Assembly (NCBI GenBank): GCA_050633545.1
Contig: JBOEGS010000006.1
Location: 251,926 to 315,925 of the forward strand
DNA length: 64,000 nucleotides
From: Paracoccaceae bacterium
Lineage (GTDB): Bacteria; Pseudomonadota; Alphaproteobacteria; Rhodobacterales; Rhodobacteraceae
Direction of reading: 5' to 3'
Of the stretch, positions 41,136 to 51,590 are shown in pieces (positions within the stretch are counted from its first letter, which is position 1; each line of letters starts with the position of its first letter). The position numbers and the translations under genes are program-made. The notes under the pieces were generated by a model. The model was not told where the DNA came from, searched no databases, and worked only from the letters and a program-made list of their open reading frames with translations.

Positions 41136-41870
41136 ATGTCCGCGACCGATGACACCCCGACAACCAAATTCAAACGTGTGATGTTGAAAATCTCCGGCGA
41201 GGCTCTGATGGGCGAGCAGGGGTTCGGGTTGCACCCGCCCACGGTCGAGCGGATCGCGCGCGAGGTGCAATCGGTGCAAAATATGGGCGTCGAGGTTTGC
41301 ATGGTGATCGGCGGCGGCAATATCTTTCGCGGGTTGCAAGGGTCGGCCCAAGGGATGGAGCGCACCACCGCCGATTATATGGGGATGCTTGCCACGGTGA
41401 TGAACGCGTTGGCGATGCAATCGGCATTGGAAGAGCTGGGCGTGCACACGCGGGTGATTTCCGCCATTACAATGAACGAGGTGGCCGAGCCTTACATCCG
41501 CCGCCGCGCCGTGCGCCATTTGGAAAAAGGACGGGTTTGCATTTTTGCTGCAGGCACCGGAAACCCCTATTTCACCACAGATACCGCCGCCACGCTGCGT
41601 GCCAACGAGATGGCCTGCGAGGCGATTTTCAAGGGCACGAAAGTGGACGGGGTTTACGACAAGGATCCGGTCAAACACGCCGATGCAAAACGCTATGACA
41701 AGGTCAGCTATGACGAGGTTCTGGCCGGACATTTGGGCGTGATGGATGCCAGCGCGATTGCTTTGGCGCGCGACAACTCGCTGCCGATCATCGTGTTTTC
41801 TCTCGACGAACCGGGCGGATTTCGCGGGATTCTCGCGGGGCAAGGCACCTATACAACAGTGGGCGATTGA
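41136..41870 (+). CDS. pyrH: UMP kinase
   Basis: [17 protein letters not shown] and GNPYFTTD motifs; AGGAG RBS before ATG 41136. Confidence 0.97.
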   Translation: MSATDDTPTTKFKRVMLKISGEALMGEQGFGLHPPTVERIAREVQSVQNMGVEVCMVIGGGNIFRGLQGSAQGMERTTADYMGMLATVMNALAMQSALEELGVHTRVISAITMNEVAEPYIRRRAVRHLEKGRVCIFAAGTGNPYFTTDTAATLRANEMACEAIFKGTKVDGVYDKDPVKHADAKRYDKVSYDEVLAGHLGVMDASAIALARDNSLPIIVFSLDEPGGFRGILAGQGTYTTVGD

Positions 41871-41950
41871 CGCTATTGTAGCGCGAGAAAGAGCATAAGA
41901 GCGCATTGCCGAGCGGCGCGCCGATAAGCCACGAGAAGGACGACAAGAAG

Positions 41951-42517
41951 ATGGCCGACGAAGAATTCATGCTGGACACCGATGATTTGACCCGCCGTAT
42001 GGACGGGGCGATGGGGGCGCTCAAGACCGAGTTTTCCTCGCTGCGCACGGGGCGCGCATCGGCGACGATGCTGGAGCCGGTGATGGTTGAGGCCTACGGC
42101 CAAAAGACGCCGATCAATCAGGTTGGCACAATCAACGTGCCCGAACCGCGCATGGTGACGGTCAACGTGTGGGACAAATCCATGGTTCAAGCCGTGGAAA
42201 AGGCGATCATGAACAGCGGTCTGGGGATCAACCCGCAAACAAACGGCACAATTGTCATGTTGCCGATCCCCGAATTGAACGAAGAGCGCCGCCGCGATTT
42301 GACCCGCGTCGCCGCCCAATATGCCGAACATGCCCGCGTTGCGGTGCGCAACGTGCGCCGCGAGGGCATGGACCAGATCAAGAAAGCCAAGAATGACGGT
42401 ATGTCCGAGGACGACCAGAAAATCTGGGAAGGCGAGGTTCAGGACCTGACCGATAAATATATCAAGGCGATTGATGCGGCGCTTGAGCATAAGCAAGCCG
42501 AGATCATGCAGGTTTAA
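41951..42517 (+). CDS. frr: Ribosome recycling factor
   Basis: [15 protein letters not shown] and AVRNVRR motifs. Confidence 0.97.
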   Translation: MADEEFMLDTDDLTRRMDGAMGALKTEFSSLRTGRASATMLEPVMVEAYGQKTPINQVGTINVPEPRMVTVNVWDKSMVQAVEKAIMNSGLGINPQTNGTIVMLPIPELNEERRRDLTRVAAQYAEHARVAVRNVRREGMDQIKKAKNDGMSEDDQKIWEGEVQDLTDKYIKAIDAALEHKQAEIMQV

Positions 42518-42544
42518 GCCTGCCCGAGAGAGGAGAGCGGCGTG

Positions 42545-43270
42545 ATGACGGCGACGGACACCGACCAAAGCGGCCCGCGCCATGTCGCGATCATCATGGA
42601 CGGCAACGGCCGCTGGGCACAGCGGCGCGGCCGTCCGCGGCTGTTTGGTCACCACGCGGGCGCCAAACGCGTGCGCGAGGTGGTCGAGGCCTGTCCTGAT
42701 CTGGGCGTGAAATACGTCACGATTTTTGCCTTCTCGACGGAAAACTGGAAACGCACACAGGTCGAGGTCGCGGGATTGATGACCCTGTTTCGCCGCTACA
42801 TCACCAAAGAGGCGCGCGCCCTGTGCGACGAGGGGGTGCGTGTGCGCTTCATCGGGGATCGCGTGCGGCTTGATGGCAAGCTGGTGCTGTTGATGGATGA
42901 ATTGGAAAAGATGACGGCGCATAACGACCGCGTGCATCTGACCATCGCGCTCAATTACGGCAGCCGCGACGAGGTGGCGCGGGCGACGAAACGCTTGGCG
43001 CAAGACGTAGCCGCAGGGCGTCTCGATCCCGAAAATGTGGATGAAGAAACGCTGCCAAAGTATTTGGATACTTGCGTTTTGCCCGATCCCGACCTTGTGA
43101 TCCGCACCTCAGGAGAGGCGCGGATTTCGAATTTTCTGCTCTGGCAATCGGCCTATGCGGAATATGAATTTATCGAAACCCTCTGGCCTGATTTCACCGC
43201 CGCCGAACTGGCGCGACTGGTGAAGGACTATGGCAAGCGTGAGCGCCGTTTTGGCGCGGTCAAAGTCTGA
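42545..43270 (+). CDS. uppS: Undecaprenyl diphosphate synthase
   Basis: HVAIIMDGNGRWA, FSTENWKR and IRTSGEARISNFLLWQ motifs. Confidence 0.97.
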   Translation: MTATDTDQSGPRHVAIIMDGNGRWAQRRGRPRLFGHHAGAKRVREVVEACPDLGVKYVTIFAFSTENWKRTQVEVAGLMTLFRRYITKEARALCDEGVRVRFIGDRVRLDGKLVLLMDELEKMTAHNDRVHLTIALNYGSRDEVARATKRLAQDVAAGRLDPENVDEETLPKYLDTCVLPDPDLVIRTSGEARISNFLLWQSAYAEYEFIETLWPDFTAAELARLVKDYGKRERRFGAVKV

Positions 43271-43305
43271 GCATCCGGCGCACAGGGAAATATGAGAAGA
43301 ACATC

Positions 43306-44097
43306 ATGAGCAGCACTTCGAATTGGAGCGATCTGGCCGCGCGCGTGGTCTCTGGCGTGGTGATGATCGCGCTGGGTCTGGGCGCGATTGTCATGGGCGG
43401 GCTGTGGTTCAGCGCGCTCATCACTGTGGTCAGCGGCCTGATGGTTTGGGAATTGGTGCGCATGTTGGTGCCCGAAGGGCGCGCAGAGGCGCTGCAGCTT
43501 GGCATTTGTGCGGCGCTGGCGGTTCTGGCGGCGCTCTATGTGCCAAGCCTTCTGGCATGGCCCTTGCTTGCCGCGCCGCTGGTTGCGGGGGCGGTTTTGC
43601 TCACGCGCCACCATCTGCTTTATGTGGGCTATGGCGCCATGGTCGTTCTGGCGGGGTATAGCATGGGGCGGCTTTATGGCGATTGGGGCATGGGGTGGAT
43701 GCTGTGGCTCGTGGGCGTCGTCGTGGTGACTGATGTGGCGGGCTATTTCGCGGGGCGCTTTATCGGCGGTCCGAAATTCTGGCCCCGTATCAGCCCGAAA
43801 AAGACGTGGTCGGGCACGGCGGCGGGCTGGATCGGCGCGGGGGCTGTCGGGGCGATTTGTATCTTCGCGCTTGGCGCCTCGGCGCAGATCATCTTGATTT
43901 CAATCGTTGTTTCCTTTGCATCGCAGATGGGCGACATCGCCGAAAGCGCGATCAAGCGCAAAATGGGCGTCAAGGACAGCTCGACCCTCATCCCGGGACA
44001 TGGCGGATTGATGGACCGCTTTGACGGGATGCTGGGCGCGGCGCTTTTGGTGCTGATCGCGGGGCAATTCATCGCCTTTCCGCCAGGCATCGGGTGA
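43306..44097 (+). CDS. cdsA: Phosphatidate cytidylyltransferase
   Basis: ISPKKTWSG and GDIAESAIKRKMGVKDSS..PGHGG..DRFD motifs. Confidence 0.96.
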   Translation: MSSTSNWSDLAARVVSGVVMIALGLGAIVMGGLWFSALITVVSGLMVWELVRMLVPEGRAEALQLGICAALAVLAALYVPSLLAWPLLAAPLVAGAVLLTRHHLLYVGYGAMVVLAGYSMGRLYGDWGMGWMLWLVGVVVVTDVAGYFAGRFIGGPKFWPRISPKKTWSGTAAGWIGAGAVGAICIFALGASAQIILISIVVSFASQMGDIAESAIKRKMGVKDSSTLIPGHGGLMDRFDGMLGAALLVLIAGQFIAFPPGIG

Positions 44098-44102
44098 CCC
44101 GC

Positions 44103-45275
44103 ATGGCGCGCAAAGTCTCGATTTTCGGCGCCACGGGATCGATCGGGCAAAGCACGATCGACCTGATCGCGCGCGCGCCGCAGGCCTATGAGGTCGTGGC
44201 GCTCAGCGGCGGGCAGAATATCGCGCGTCTGGCGCAAGATGCGATCCGTTTGGATGCAAGAATCGCGGTCACCGCAGATGAGAGCCGTTTGGCCGAGTTG
44301 CGCGGCGCGTTGGAGGGCAGCCGCGTCATTGCCGCAGCGGGGCGCGCGGCCTTGCTGGAGGCGGCGGCGATGCCTGCCGATTGGGTGATGTCGGCGATTG
44401 TCGGCGCGGCAGGGCTTGAACCGGGGCTGATCGCGCTGCGCGGCGGGGCGACATTGGCCTTGGCCAATAAGGAATCCTTGGTCACGGCGGGGCCGTTGTT
44501 GATGGCCACGGCGCGGGCCTCGGGCGCGCGTATCCTGCCCGTGGACAGCGAGCATTCGGCGATTTTCCAAGCCCTCGTCGGCGAGCAGATGGAGGCGGTC
44601 GAGCGCATCATCATCACCGCATCGGGCGGGGCGTTTCGCGATTGGCCGCTCGAAAGGCTGGCCCTTGCCACCCCCGCCGAGGCGGCGACCCATCCCAATT
44701 GGGACATGGGGCAACGCATCACGATCGACAGCGCCTCCATGTTTAACAAGGCGCTGGAGGTGATTGAAACAAAAGAGTATTTTGGAATTGACCCTCGGCA
44801 GATCGAGGTGCTTGTCCATCCGCAATCCATGGTGCATGCGCTGGTCGGGTTCAACGACGGGGCCTTGATGGCGCATCTGGGCGCGCCCGATATGCGCCAT
44901 GCCATCGGCTATGCGCTGCATTACCCGCAGCGGCGCGATTTGCCGGTCGAGCGGCTTGATCTGGCTAAACTGGGCCAGTTGGAATTTCGCGCGCCCGATG
45001 ATCTGCGCTATCCGGCGCTGCGGCTGGCGCGCGAGGTGATGGCGGCGGGCGGGCTGTCCGGCGCGGTGTTCAACGCCGCCAAAGAGCGCGCGCTCGACGG
45101 GTTTATCGCAGGGCGGATCGGTTTCATGCAAATGGCCGAAGTGGTCGAAGAGGCGTTGACGCAAATGTCATCGCAAGGCGGTCATATTGATGCCGATATT
45201 ACGTTAGATAACGTGCACAGGATCGACCAGTTGACGCGCGCGCGCACCGATGAGGTGATGGCGCGGCTCGGCTGA
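44103..45275 (+). CDS. dxr: 1-deoxy-D-xylulose-5-phosphate reductoisomerase
   Basis: GATGSIG, LANKES, PVDSEH and HPNWDMG motifs. Confidence 0.97.
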   Translation: MARKVSIFGATGSIGQSTIDLIARAPQAYEVVALSGGQNIARLAQDAIRLDARIAVTADESRLAELRGALEGSRVIAAAGRAALLEAAAMPADWVMSAIVGAAGLEPGLIALRGGATLALANKESLVTAGPLLMATARASGARILPVDSEHSAIFQALVGEQMEAVERIIITASGGAFRDWPLERLALATPAEAATHPNWDMGQRITIDSASMFNKALEVIETKEYFGIDPRQIEVLVHPQSMVHALVGFNDGALMAHLGAPDMRHAIGYALHYPQRRDLPVERLDLAKLGQLEFRAPDDLRYPALRLAREVMAAGGLSGAVFNAAKERALDGFIAGRIGFMQMAEVVEEALTQMSSQGGHIDADITLDNVHRIDQLTRARTDEVMARLG

Positions 45276-45343
45276 GGGCATTGTGTTATGCGCGTGAGCG
45301 CCAATATAAATCGCCTGTGAGGGCGTGAGAGCAGAGGAAAGAT

Positions 45344-46681
45344 ATGCTGGACATCATCCCGCAATTTGGCGGCCTATTGGGAACCATCGCGGCCTTTGTC
45401 GTGGCTTTGTCGGTGATCGTGGCGATCCATGAATATGGTCACTACATCATCGGGCGGCTGACGGGCATCAAGGCCGAGGTGTTCAGCCTCGGCTTTGGCC
45501 CTGTGATCTATTCGCGCGTCGATAAACATGGCACGAAGTGGCAATTCGCGGCGCTGCCTTTTGGCGGCTATGTCAAGTTTCTGGGCGATGCCAATGCGGC
45601 CTCGGGCAAGGACGGCGAGGCGATGGAGGCCATGCCCGAAGAGATGCTGCGCCATACCATGCATGGCGCGCCTTTGTGGGCGCGGGCGGCCACGGTTGCG
45701 GCGGGGCCGGTGTTCAATTTCATGCTTTCGATTGCGGTGTTCGCCGTGGTGATTGCGCTGCGCGGGCAGGTGTCCGAACCTTTGACCGTGGGCGAAATGC
45801 GGCCCACCGGACCGGCAATTGTCGAGCTTATGACCGGCGATGAAATTCTGAAGATCGGCGGTATGGAAGTGCCGTCGTTCGAAGACAGCGCCGGATTTGA
45901 CGATCTGGCGGCGGCTTTGCCCAAACAAAGCCCGCTCGATTACACCGTGTTGCGCGGCGGGCAGGAGCGGGTGGTCGCGGGGCCTTACCTTTATCCACCG
46001 ATCGTGACGCAGCTTTCGCCAAAATCGGCCGCCTATGAGATCGACATGAAGGTGGGCGATGTGATCACCGCCGTGGACGGCGCGCCGATTGCCGCCTTTG
46101 CCGAGCTTAAAGAGGCGGTCGAGGCCTCTCAGGGTAGACCTCTCAAGCTGGACGTCTGGCGCGACGGCGAGATGATCGATTTTGTCCTGACCCCGCGGGC
46201 CACGGACGAGCCGCAAGAGGGCGGCAGCTTTGTCACCAACTGGCGGATCGGCATCGCGGGCGGGTTGGCTTTTGAACCTGCGACCGCGCCTTTGGGGGTT
46301 GGCACATCGCTTTGGGCGGGGGTGACGCAAACCGGCGAGATCATGCGCGGCTCGGTGTCGGGTCTGTGGCATATGATCACCGGCCAGATCAGCAGCTGTA
46401 ACATGGCGGGGCCGATTTCCATTGCGAAAATTTCCAAGGCACAGGCCAGCCAGGGCGTGGAAAGCTTCATCTGGTTTATCGCGGTTTTGTCCACAGCGGT
46501 GGGGCTTTTGAATCTCTTCCCGATCCCGATGCTCGATGGCGGGCATCTGGTGTTCTACGCCTATGAGGCCGTGGCGGGGCGCCCGCCCAATGACAAGGTG
46601 CTGCGCATATTGATGGCGATTGGTATGACGATTGTTTTGTCCTTGATGCTGTTTGCGCTGTTCAACGATGTGACCTGTTAG
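45344..46681 (+). CDS. rseP: RIP metalloprotease RseP
   Basis: HEYGH zinc motif, PDZ region, NLFPIPMLDGG motif. Confidence 0.96.
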   Translation: MLDIIPQFGGLLGTIAAFVVALSVIVAIHEYGHYIIGRLTGIKAEVFSLGFGPVIYSRVDKHGTKWQFAALPFGGYVKFLGDANAASGKDGEAMEAMPEEMLRHTMHGAPLWARAATVAAGPVFNFMLSIAVFAVVIALRGQVSEPLTVGEMRPTGPAIVELMTGDEILKIGGMEVPSFEDSAGFDDLAAALPKQSPLDYTVLRGGQERVVAGPYLYPPIVTQLSPKSAAYEIDMKVGDVITAVDGAPIAAFAELKEAVEASQGRPLKLDVWRDGEMIDFVLTPRATDEPQEGGSFVTNWRIGIAGGLAFEPATAPLGVGTSLWAGVTQTGEIMRGSVSGLWHMITGQISSCNMAGPISIAKISKAQASQGVESFIWFIAVLSTAVGLLNLFPIPMLDGGHLVFYAYEAVAGRPPNDKVLRILMAIGMTIVLSLMLFALFNDVTC

Positions 46682-46855
46682 GCGGGATCGGGGCGTAACG
46701 CGTTGAAAACATGGGCGGCGCGCGGGGAAACCTGCGCGCCGCCTTGATTTTGCCACATTTGCGCCCTGATCACGGCATAATGGTTTGCGACAAGTTTTGC
46801 GTTGCGCGGCGGATGAGCCGCTGCGCGCGGCGCAAAGCACCAAAGGGCGTTTGAG

Positions 46856-46990
46856 ATGCAGACCATTGCACAGGGATATCGCGGGCTAAGCTTGCTGTTC
46901 ACGATCAATTGGGACCGGATTCTCTATATCGCGACGATTATTGTCGCGTTGATGGCGGGCGCTTTTGTCGGCTCTTGGGGCGTGCAATAA
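46856..46990 (+). CDS. Putative 44-aa single-TM protein between rseP and bamA
   Basis: MQTIAQGYRGLSLLFTINWDRILYIATIIVALMAGAFVGSWGVQ*; AAGGG upstream; fills an otherwise empty 470-bp gap on the operon strand. Confidence 0.6.
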   Translation: MQTIAQGYRGLSLLFTINWDRILYIATIIVALMAGAFVGSWGVQ

Positions 46991-47149
46991 CGCCGCCTCG
47001 GCTTGCACCCTGCGCCCAACGTTGAAAAATTGTAGAAAACCCAACCCCTTGTGAGGCGCCTTTCGGGCGCCACTCTATTTTGCGGTTTTGACAAGTCTGT
47101 GCTATAGGGATAGCAAGGTGCAAAATGGCACGTCAGACTGGGTTGACAC

Positions 47150-49510
47150 ATGACCGATAACAATGAGGGCGGGCGTCAAAAACCTGCCGGGCACACGGCA
47201 ACGCTTCGGCTTTTGAGCGCCGCAGCTTTTCTTTCAATTGCAACGGCTTCGGGCGTTTTGCCGCAAGCCGCCTATGCGCAAAGCTATCGATTTACCAATG
47301 TCGCGGTGGACGGGAACCAGCGCGTCGACGCCAGCACGATCCTCTCCTACGCAGGAATCGCCAGAGGCCAAACCATCTCTGCCGGTCAGCTCAATGACGC
47401 GTATCAGCGGATTTTGGGCTCCGGCCTGTTCGAAAGCGTCGAGATCGCCCCAAGCGGCAATACCTTGCGCATCGCGGTCAAGGAATACCCGACGATCAAC
47501 CGCATCAGCTTTGAGGGCAACCGGCGGATCAAGGATGAGGTGCTTGAGCAGGTGGTCCAGTCCCGCTCGCGCCTTGTGTTCAGCCCGACCACCGCAGAGC
47601 GCGATGCCGCCTCGTTGAGCGAAGCCTATGCCAATGAGGGGCGCACCTCGGCGCGCGTGACGCCGCGGATCATCCGGCGCAGCGACAACCGCGTCGATCT
47701 GGTGTTTGAAATTTTCGAAGGCTCGGTCACCGAAATCTCGCGCCTCGGTTTTGTTGGTAACCGTGCCTTTTCCGACAGCCGCCTGCGCCGTGTGCTCAGC
47801 ACCAAACAGGCCGGTCTTTTGCGCATTTTGATCAAGCGCGATACCGTCGTCGAGGACCGGATCGAGTTCGACAAACAGGTCTTGCGCGATTTCTACCTCT
47901 CGCGCGGCTATGTCGATTTTCGCACCACCTCGGTGAATGCCGAGCTTGCGCGCGAGCGTGACGGCTATTTCGTCACCTTCAATGTTCAAGAGGGGCAGCA
48001 GTTCCGTTTGGGCGAGGTGACCACCGTTTCCGAAATGCCCAATGCCGATGCCGATGAATTCGGCGCGGTGATGAAGATCAAGTCGGGGCAGGTCTATTCG
48101 CCCGTAGATATCGAAAATGCGATTGCGCGGATGGAGCGTTTGGCCGTGCGCAAGGGCATCGATTTCATGCGTGTCGAGCCGCGCGTGACGCGCAATGATC
48201 GCGACCTGACGCTGGATATCGAATTTGTCCTGTCCAAAGGCCCGCGCGTTTTCGTCGAACGGATCGATATCGAAGGCAACGCCACGACGCTCGACAGTGT
48301 TGTGCGCCGCCAGTTCCGCATCGTCGAAGGCGACCCGTTCAACCCGCGCGAAATTCGCGAAAGCGCCGAGCGGGTGAAATCTTTGGGCTATTTTGCCAAT
48401 GCCGATGTGAATGCACGCGAAGGCTCCAGTCCAGATAAGGTTGTGGTTGATGTAAACGTCGAGGAAAAGAGCACCGGCTCGCTGTCCTTTGGCGGCACGT
48501 TCAGCTCCAACAGCGGCCTTGGCCTTGTTGCGAAATTCAACGAGTCGAACTTCCTCGGGCGCGGGCAACAGCTCAGCTTTACCATCGCGGGCACGGATTC
48601 CGATACGGCCTATAGCTTTGCCTTCACCGAACCGGCGTTTTTGGGACGCGATCTGCGGTTTGATATTTCGGCGGCTTTGACCAACACTGACAATCAATTC
48701 TCGCTCTATGATACCGAGATCGGATCGTTCCAAACGGGGATCAGTTTCCCCGTGAGCGATCTGTCGCGCGTGCGGCTGCATTATTTCGCCAATATGGTCG
48801 ATATGACCTACGATCCGGCATCCAACCTCGGCAGCATTCTGCGCGCCGAAGCGGATCAAGGCAGCAAGATCGACAGCGGGATTGGCTATAGCTTCTCCTA
48901 CGACAGCCGCCGCACGGGGCTGAACCCCAATGCCGGTGTGCTCTTTGAATTTGGTCAGGAGCTGGCCGGTTTGGGCGGCGATGTGCAATTCATTCGCTCC
49001 ACCGCGAAGGCGGTCGCGCAGACCACGGTCTTTAACGACGAGGTGACCCTGCGCGCCACGATCGAGGGCGGGGCCTTGGCCTTTAACGGATCGGACGCAA
49101 GCCGCGTCACAGACCGGTTCTTGTTTGGCCAATCTCTCATGCGCGGGTTTGAACCCGATGGCATCGGGCCACGTCAAAATGACGGCGCGGGCGTGAATGA
49201 TGCCTTGGGCGGCAATATGTTTGCCGTCGCCCGTTTCGAGGCGGAATTCCCGCTCGGCATCCCCGAAGAATACGGGATGCGCGGCGGGGCCTTTTACGAC
49301 ATCGGCAATGTTTGGGGGCTTAATGATGCCACCACTGCTGGCGCAACGGGTGTGCTTTATGAAAGCGGCTCGGCGCGGCAAGTCGTTGGTTTGTCGCTGT
49401 TTTGGAAAACACCTGTGGGGCCGTTGCGGTTCAACTGGACCCATGCTTTGAAAAAAGAGGCGTTTGACAAAGAGCAGACCTTCGATCTGTCCATCTCGAC
49501 CAATTTCTAA
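47150..49510 (+). CDS. bamA: Outer membrane protein assembly factor BamA
   Basis: POTRA repeats, MRGF motif (VRGF-type), C-terminal Phe; follows rseP. Confidence 0.97.
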   Translation: MTDNNEGGRQKPAGHTATLRLLSAAAFLSIATASGVLPQAAYAQSYRFTNVAVDGNQRVDASTILSYAGIARGQTISAGQLNDAYQRILGSGLFESVEIAPSGNTLRIAVKEYPTINRISFEGNRRIKDEVLEQVVQSRSRLVFSPTTAERDAASLSEAYANEGRTSARVTPRIIRRSDNRVDLVFEIFEGSVTEISRLGFVGNRAFSDSRLRRVLSTKQAGLLRILIKRDTVVEDRIEFDKQVLRDFYLSRGYVDFRTTSVNAELARERDGYFVTFNVQEGQQFRLGEVTTVSEMPNADADEFGAVMKIKSGQVYSPVDIENAIARMERLAVRKGIDFMRVEPRVTRNDRDLTLDIEFVLSKGPRVFVERIDIEGNATTLDSVVRRQFRIVEGDPFNPREIRESAERVKSLGYFANADVNAREGSSPDKVVVDVNVEEKSTGSLSFGGTFSSNSGLGLVAKFNESNFLGRGQQLSFTIAGTDSDTAYSFAFTEPAFLGRDLRFDISAALTNTDNQFSLYDTEIGSFQTGISFPVSDLSRVRLHYFANMVDMTYDPASNLGSILRAEADQGSKIDSGIGYSFSYDSRRTGLNPNAGVLFEFGQELAGLGGDVQFIRSTAKAVAQTTVFNDEVTLRATIEGGALAFNGSDASRVTDRFLFGQSLMRGFEPDGIGPRQNDGAGVNDALGGNMFAVARFEAEFPLGIPEEYGMRGGAFYDIGNVWGLNDATTAGATGVLYESGSARQVVGLSLFWKTPVGPLRFNWTHALKKEAFDKEQTFDLSISTNF

Positions 49511-49514
49511 GCCG

Positions 49515-50195
49515 ATGGTGCGGCGGGGCCTTCTATTGGCAGTGGCGCGGGCCTTGGCGGTTGTTGCACCGCTTTGCGTGGCTGCGCCGCTTGCGGCGCA
49601 GCAGGCCGGAGCCCTGCCCAATGCGGGCGCAGGGTTCCAACTGGATCAAAATGCCGGTCCGGCGGCGAGCACCGTTGTGGTGATCGATCTGGACCGGTTT
49701 TTTATTGAATCGGCTTTTGGCGGCCGTGTCGCGCGCGATTTCGAAGCGCGCCGTACCGCGCTTGTGGCCGAGAACCGAAAAATCGAGGCCGAGCTGGGGG
49801 CCGAAGAGCGCGGGTTAACCGAAGACCGCGCGGGCATGGCAGCGGCGGATTTTCGCGCGCTGGCCGATGCCTTTGACGAAAAAGTCCAACGTATCAGACG
49901 CGAGCAGGACGCCAAGGTCGCCGCTTTGGGCCAGGACAACGAGGCGGCGCAGCGATTGTTTTTGCAGGCCGCCGATCCGGTGCTCACCGAGTTGATGCAA
50001 GACATCGGTGCCAGCGTGTTGATCGAGCGGCGCTATGTGCTCAAGCGTTTTGACGCGGTGGATATTACCGATCTTGCGATTGCGCGTGTGGACGAGGTGA
50101 TCGGGACCGGTGCCTCTGACGAGGGAGCGGCGCCGCAGGGCTCCGAGCCGTCCGCGCCCCCCCAAACCGCGCCTACGGCCCCCGCGAACGAGTGA
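49515..50195 (+). CDS. skp: OmpH/Skp family periplasmic chaperone
   Basis: Signal peptide, coiled coil, DITD motif; position after bamA. Confidence 0.82.
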   Translation: MVRRGLLLAVARALAVVAPLCVAAPLAAQQAGALPNAGAGFQLDQNAGPAASTVVVIDLDRFFIESAFGGRVARDFEARRTALVAENRKIEAELGAEERGLTEDRAGMAAADFRALADAFDEKVQRIRREQDAKVAALGQDNEAAQRLFLQAADPVLTELMQDIGASVLIERRYVLKRFDAVDITDLAIARVDEVIGTGASDEGAAPQGSEPSAPPQTAPTAPANE

Positions 50196-50311
50196 CGCTC
50201 TTGCCGCGCGCGGGGGGAGTTGCTACTCAGGGCGGGCTGCCTCAAACTGGCACAGCAGGCCAATGACATATCCGTGCCGATCCCGTGATGCGCAAAGCGA
50301 AAGGACATTCC

Positions 50312-50773
50312 ATGAGCGAGCTACAAACCGCCGATATCCACCTGATCCAGCGCATTATTCCGCATCGCTATCCGTTTTTGTTGGTGGATAAAGTCGTCGA
50401 TATCGACGGCTATAAAACCGCGACCGGAATCAAAAACGTGACGATGAACGAGCCGCATTTTCAGGGCCATTTCCCCTCCAATCCGATCATGCCCGGCGTG
50501 ACGATTGTCGAGGCGATGGCGCAAACGGCGGCCGTGATGGTGGGCACGGCTTTGGAGATGGCCGACAAGAATATGCTCGTCTATTTCATGGCGATTGATA
50601 AATGCAAATTCCGCCGCATGGTCGTGCCCGGCGATGTGGTCGAGATGAAGCTTGAAACTCTGCGCGGCAAACCGGGCGGCAAGGTGTGGAAATTCGGCGG
50701 CGTGGCGACGGTCGATGGCGAAATGGCCTGCGAGGTCGAGTTTACCGCAATGATGGACCTGCCGAAGGAGTGA
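50312..50773 (+). CDS. fabZ: 3-hydroxyacyl-ACP dehydratase
   Basis: [10 protein letters not shown] and FQGHFP..PIMPGV..EAMAQ motifs. Confidence 0.97.
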   Translation: MSELQTADIHLIQRIIPHRYPFLLVDKVVDIDGYKTATGIKNVTMNEPHFQGHFPSNPIMPGVTIVEAMAQTAAVMVGTALEMADKNMLVYFMAIDKCKFRRMVVPGDVVEMKLETLRGKPGGKVWKFGGVATVDGEMACEVEFTAMMDLPKE

Positions 50774-50778
50774 GCCGC

Positions 50779-51582
50779 ATGGCCACCAAGACCCAAGACA
50801 GCCCGAGCATTCACCCCAGCGCCGTCATCGAGACGGGCGCGCAGATCGGGCAGGGCGTGCGTATTGGCCCGTTTTGCCATGTCGGCCCCGACGTGGTGCT
50901 GCATGACGGCGTTGAACTCAAAAGCCATGTGGTTGTGACCGGCGATACGGTGGTGGGCGAAGACAGCGTGGTCTTCTCCTTCGCCTGTATCGGAGAAATC
51001 CCGCAAGACCTTAAATTCAAAGGCGAAAAATCGCGGCTCGAGATCGGCGCGCGCAACCGTATTCGCGAACATGTGACCATGAATGCCGGCACCGAAGGCG
51101 GCGGCGGGGTGACGCGCGTGGGGGATGACGGGCTGTTTATGGCGGGCTGCCATGTCGCCCATGACGTGCAGGTCGGCAACCGCGTCATCGTTGTCAATAA
51201 CGCCGCTTTGGCGGGGCATTGCATTGTCGAGGATGACGTGATCATCGGCGGTCTGGTGGGCGTGCATCAATGGGTGCGCATCGGCCAAGGCGCGATCATA
51301 GGCGCGGTCACCATGGTGACCAATGACGTGATCCCATATGGTTTGGTCCAAGCGCCGCGCGGCGAATTGGACGGGCTCAATCTGGTCGGTCTCAAGCGCC
51401 GCGGTGTGCAACGTAGCGATATCACCGCCCTGCGCGCTGCCTTTCAAATGCTGGCCCAAGGCGAGGGCACTTTCCAAGACCGCGCCCGCCGTTTGGGCGA
51501 GGATACCGAAAGCGCCTATGTGCGCCAGATCGTCGATTTCGTGACCGGAGAGAGCGACCGCTCCTTCCTGACCCCGAGGTAG
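50779..51582 (+). CDS. lpxA: UDP-N-acetylglucosamine acyltransferase
   Basis: Hexapeptide repeats; PQDLKF, HVAHD, HQWVRIG and GLNLVGLKRRG motifs. Confidence 0.97.
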   Translation: MATKTQDSPSIHPSAVIETGAQIGQGVRIGPFCHVGPDVVLHDGVELKSHVVVTGDTVVGEDSVVFSFACIGEIPQDLKFKGEKSRLEIGARNRIREHVTMNAGTEGGGGVTRVGDDGLFMAGCHVAHDVQVGNRVIVVNNAALAGHCIVEDDVIIGGLVGVHQWVRIGQGAIIGAVTMVTNDVIPYGLVQAPRGELDGLNLVGLKRRGVQRSDITALRAAFQMLAQGEGTFQDRARRLGEDTESAYVRQIVDFVTGESDRSFLTPR

Positions 51583-51590
51583 ATCGGCCG

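Noticed and set aside
47234-49621. Very long antisense or alternate-frame ORFs (e.g. 47234-49621, 34499-36478, 58590-60419, 20649-22271, 15266-16864)
   Set aside because: They shadow well-identified genes, have no recognisable motifs, and are expected from GC-rich codon bias, which removes stops on the opposite strand.
50196-50311. lpxD missing between skp and fabZ
   Set aside because: No remnant is visible, and relocation of lpxD is, to my knowledge, usual in Rhodobacterales; not evidence of loss.
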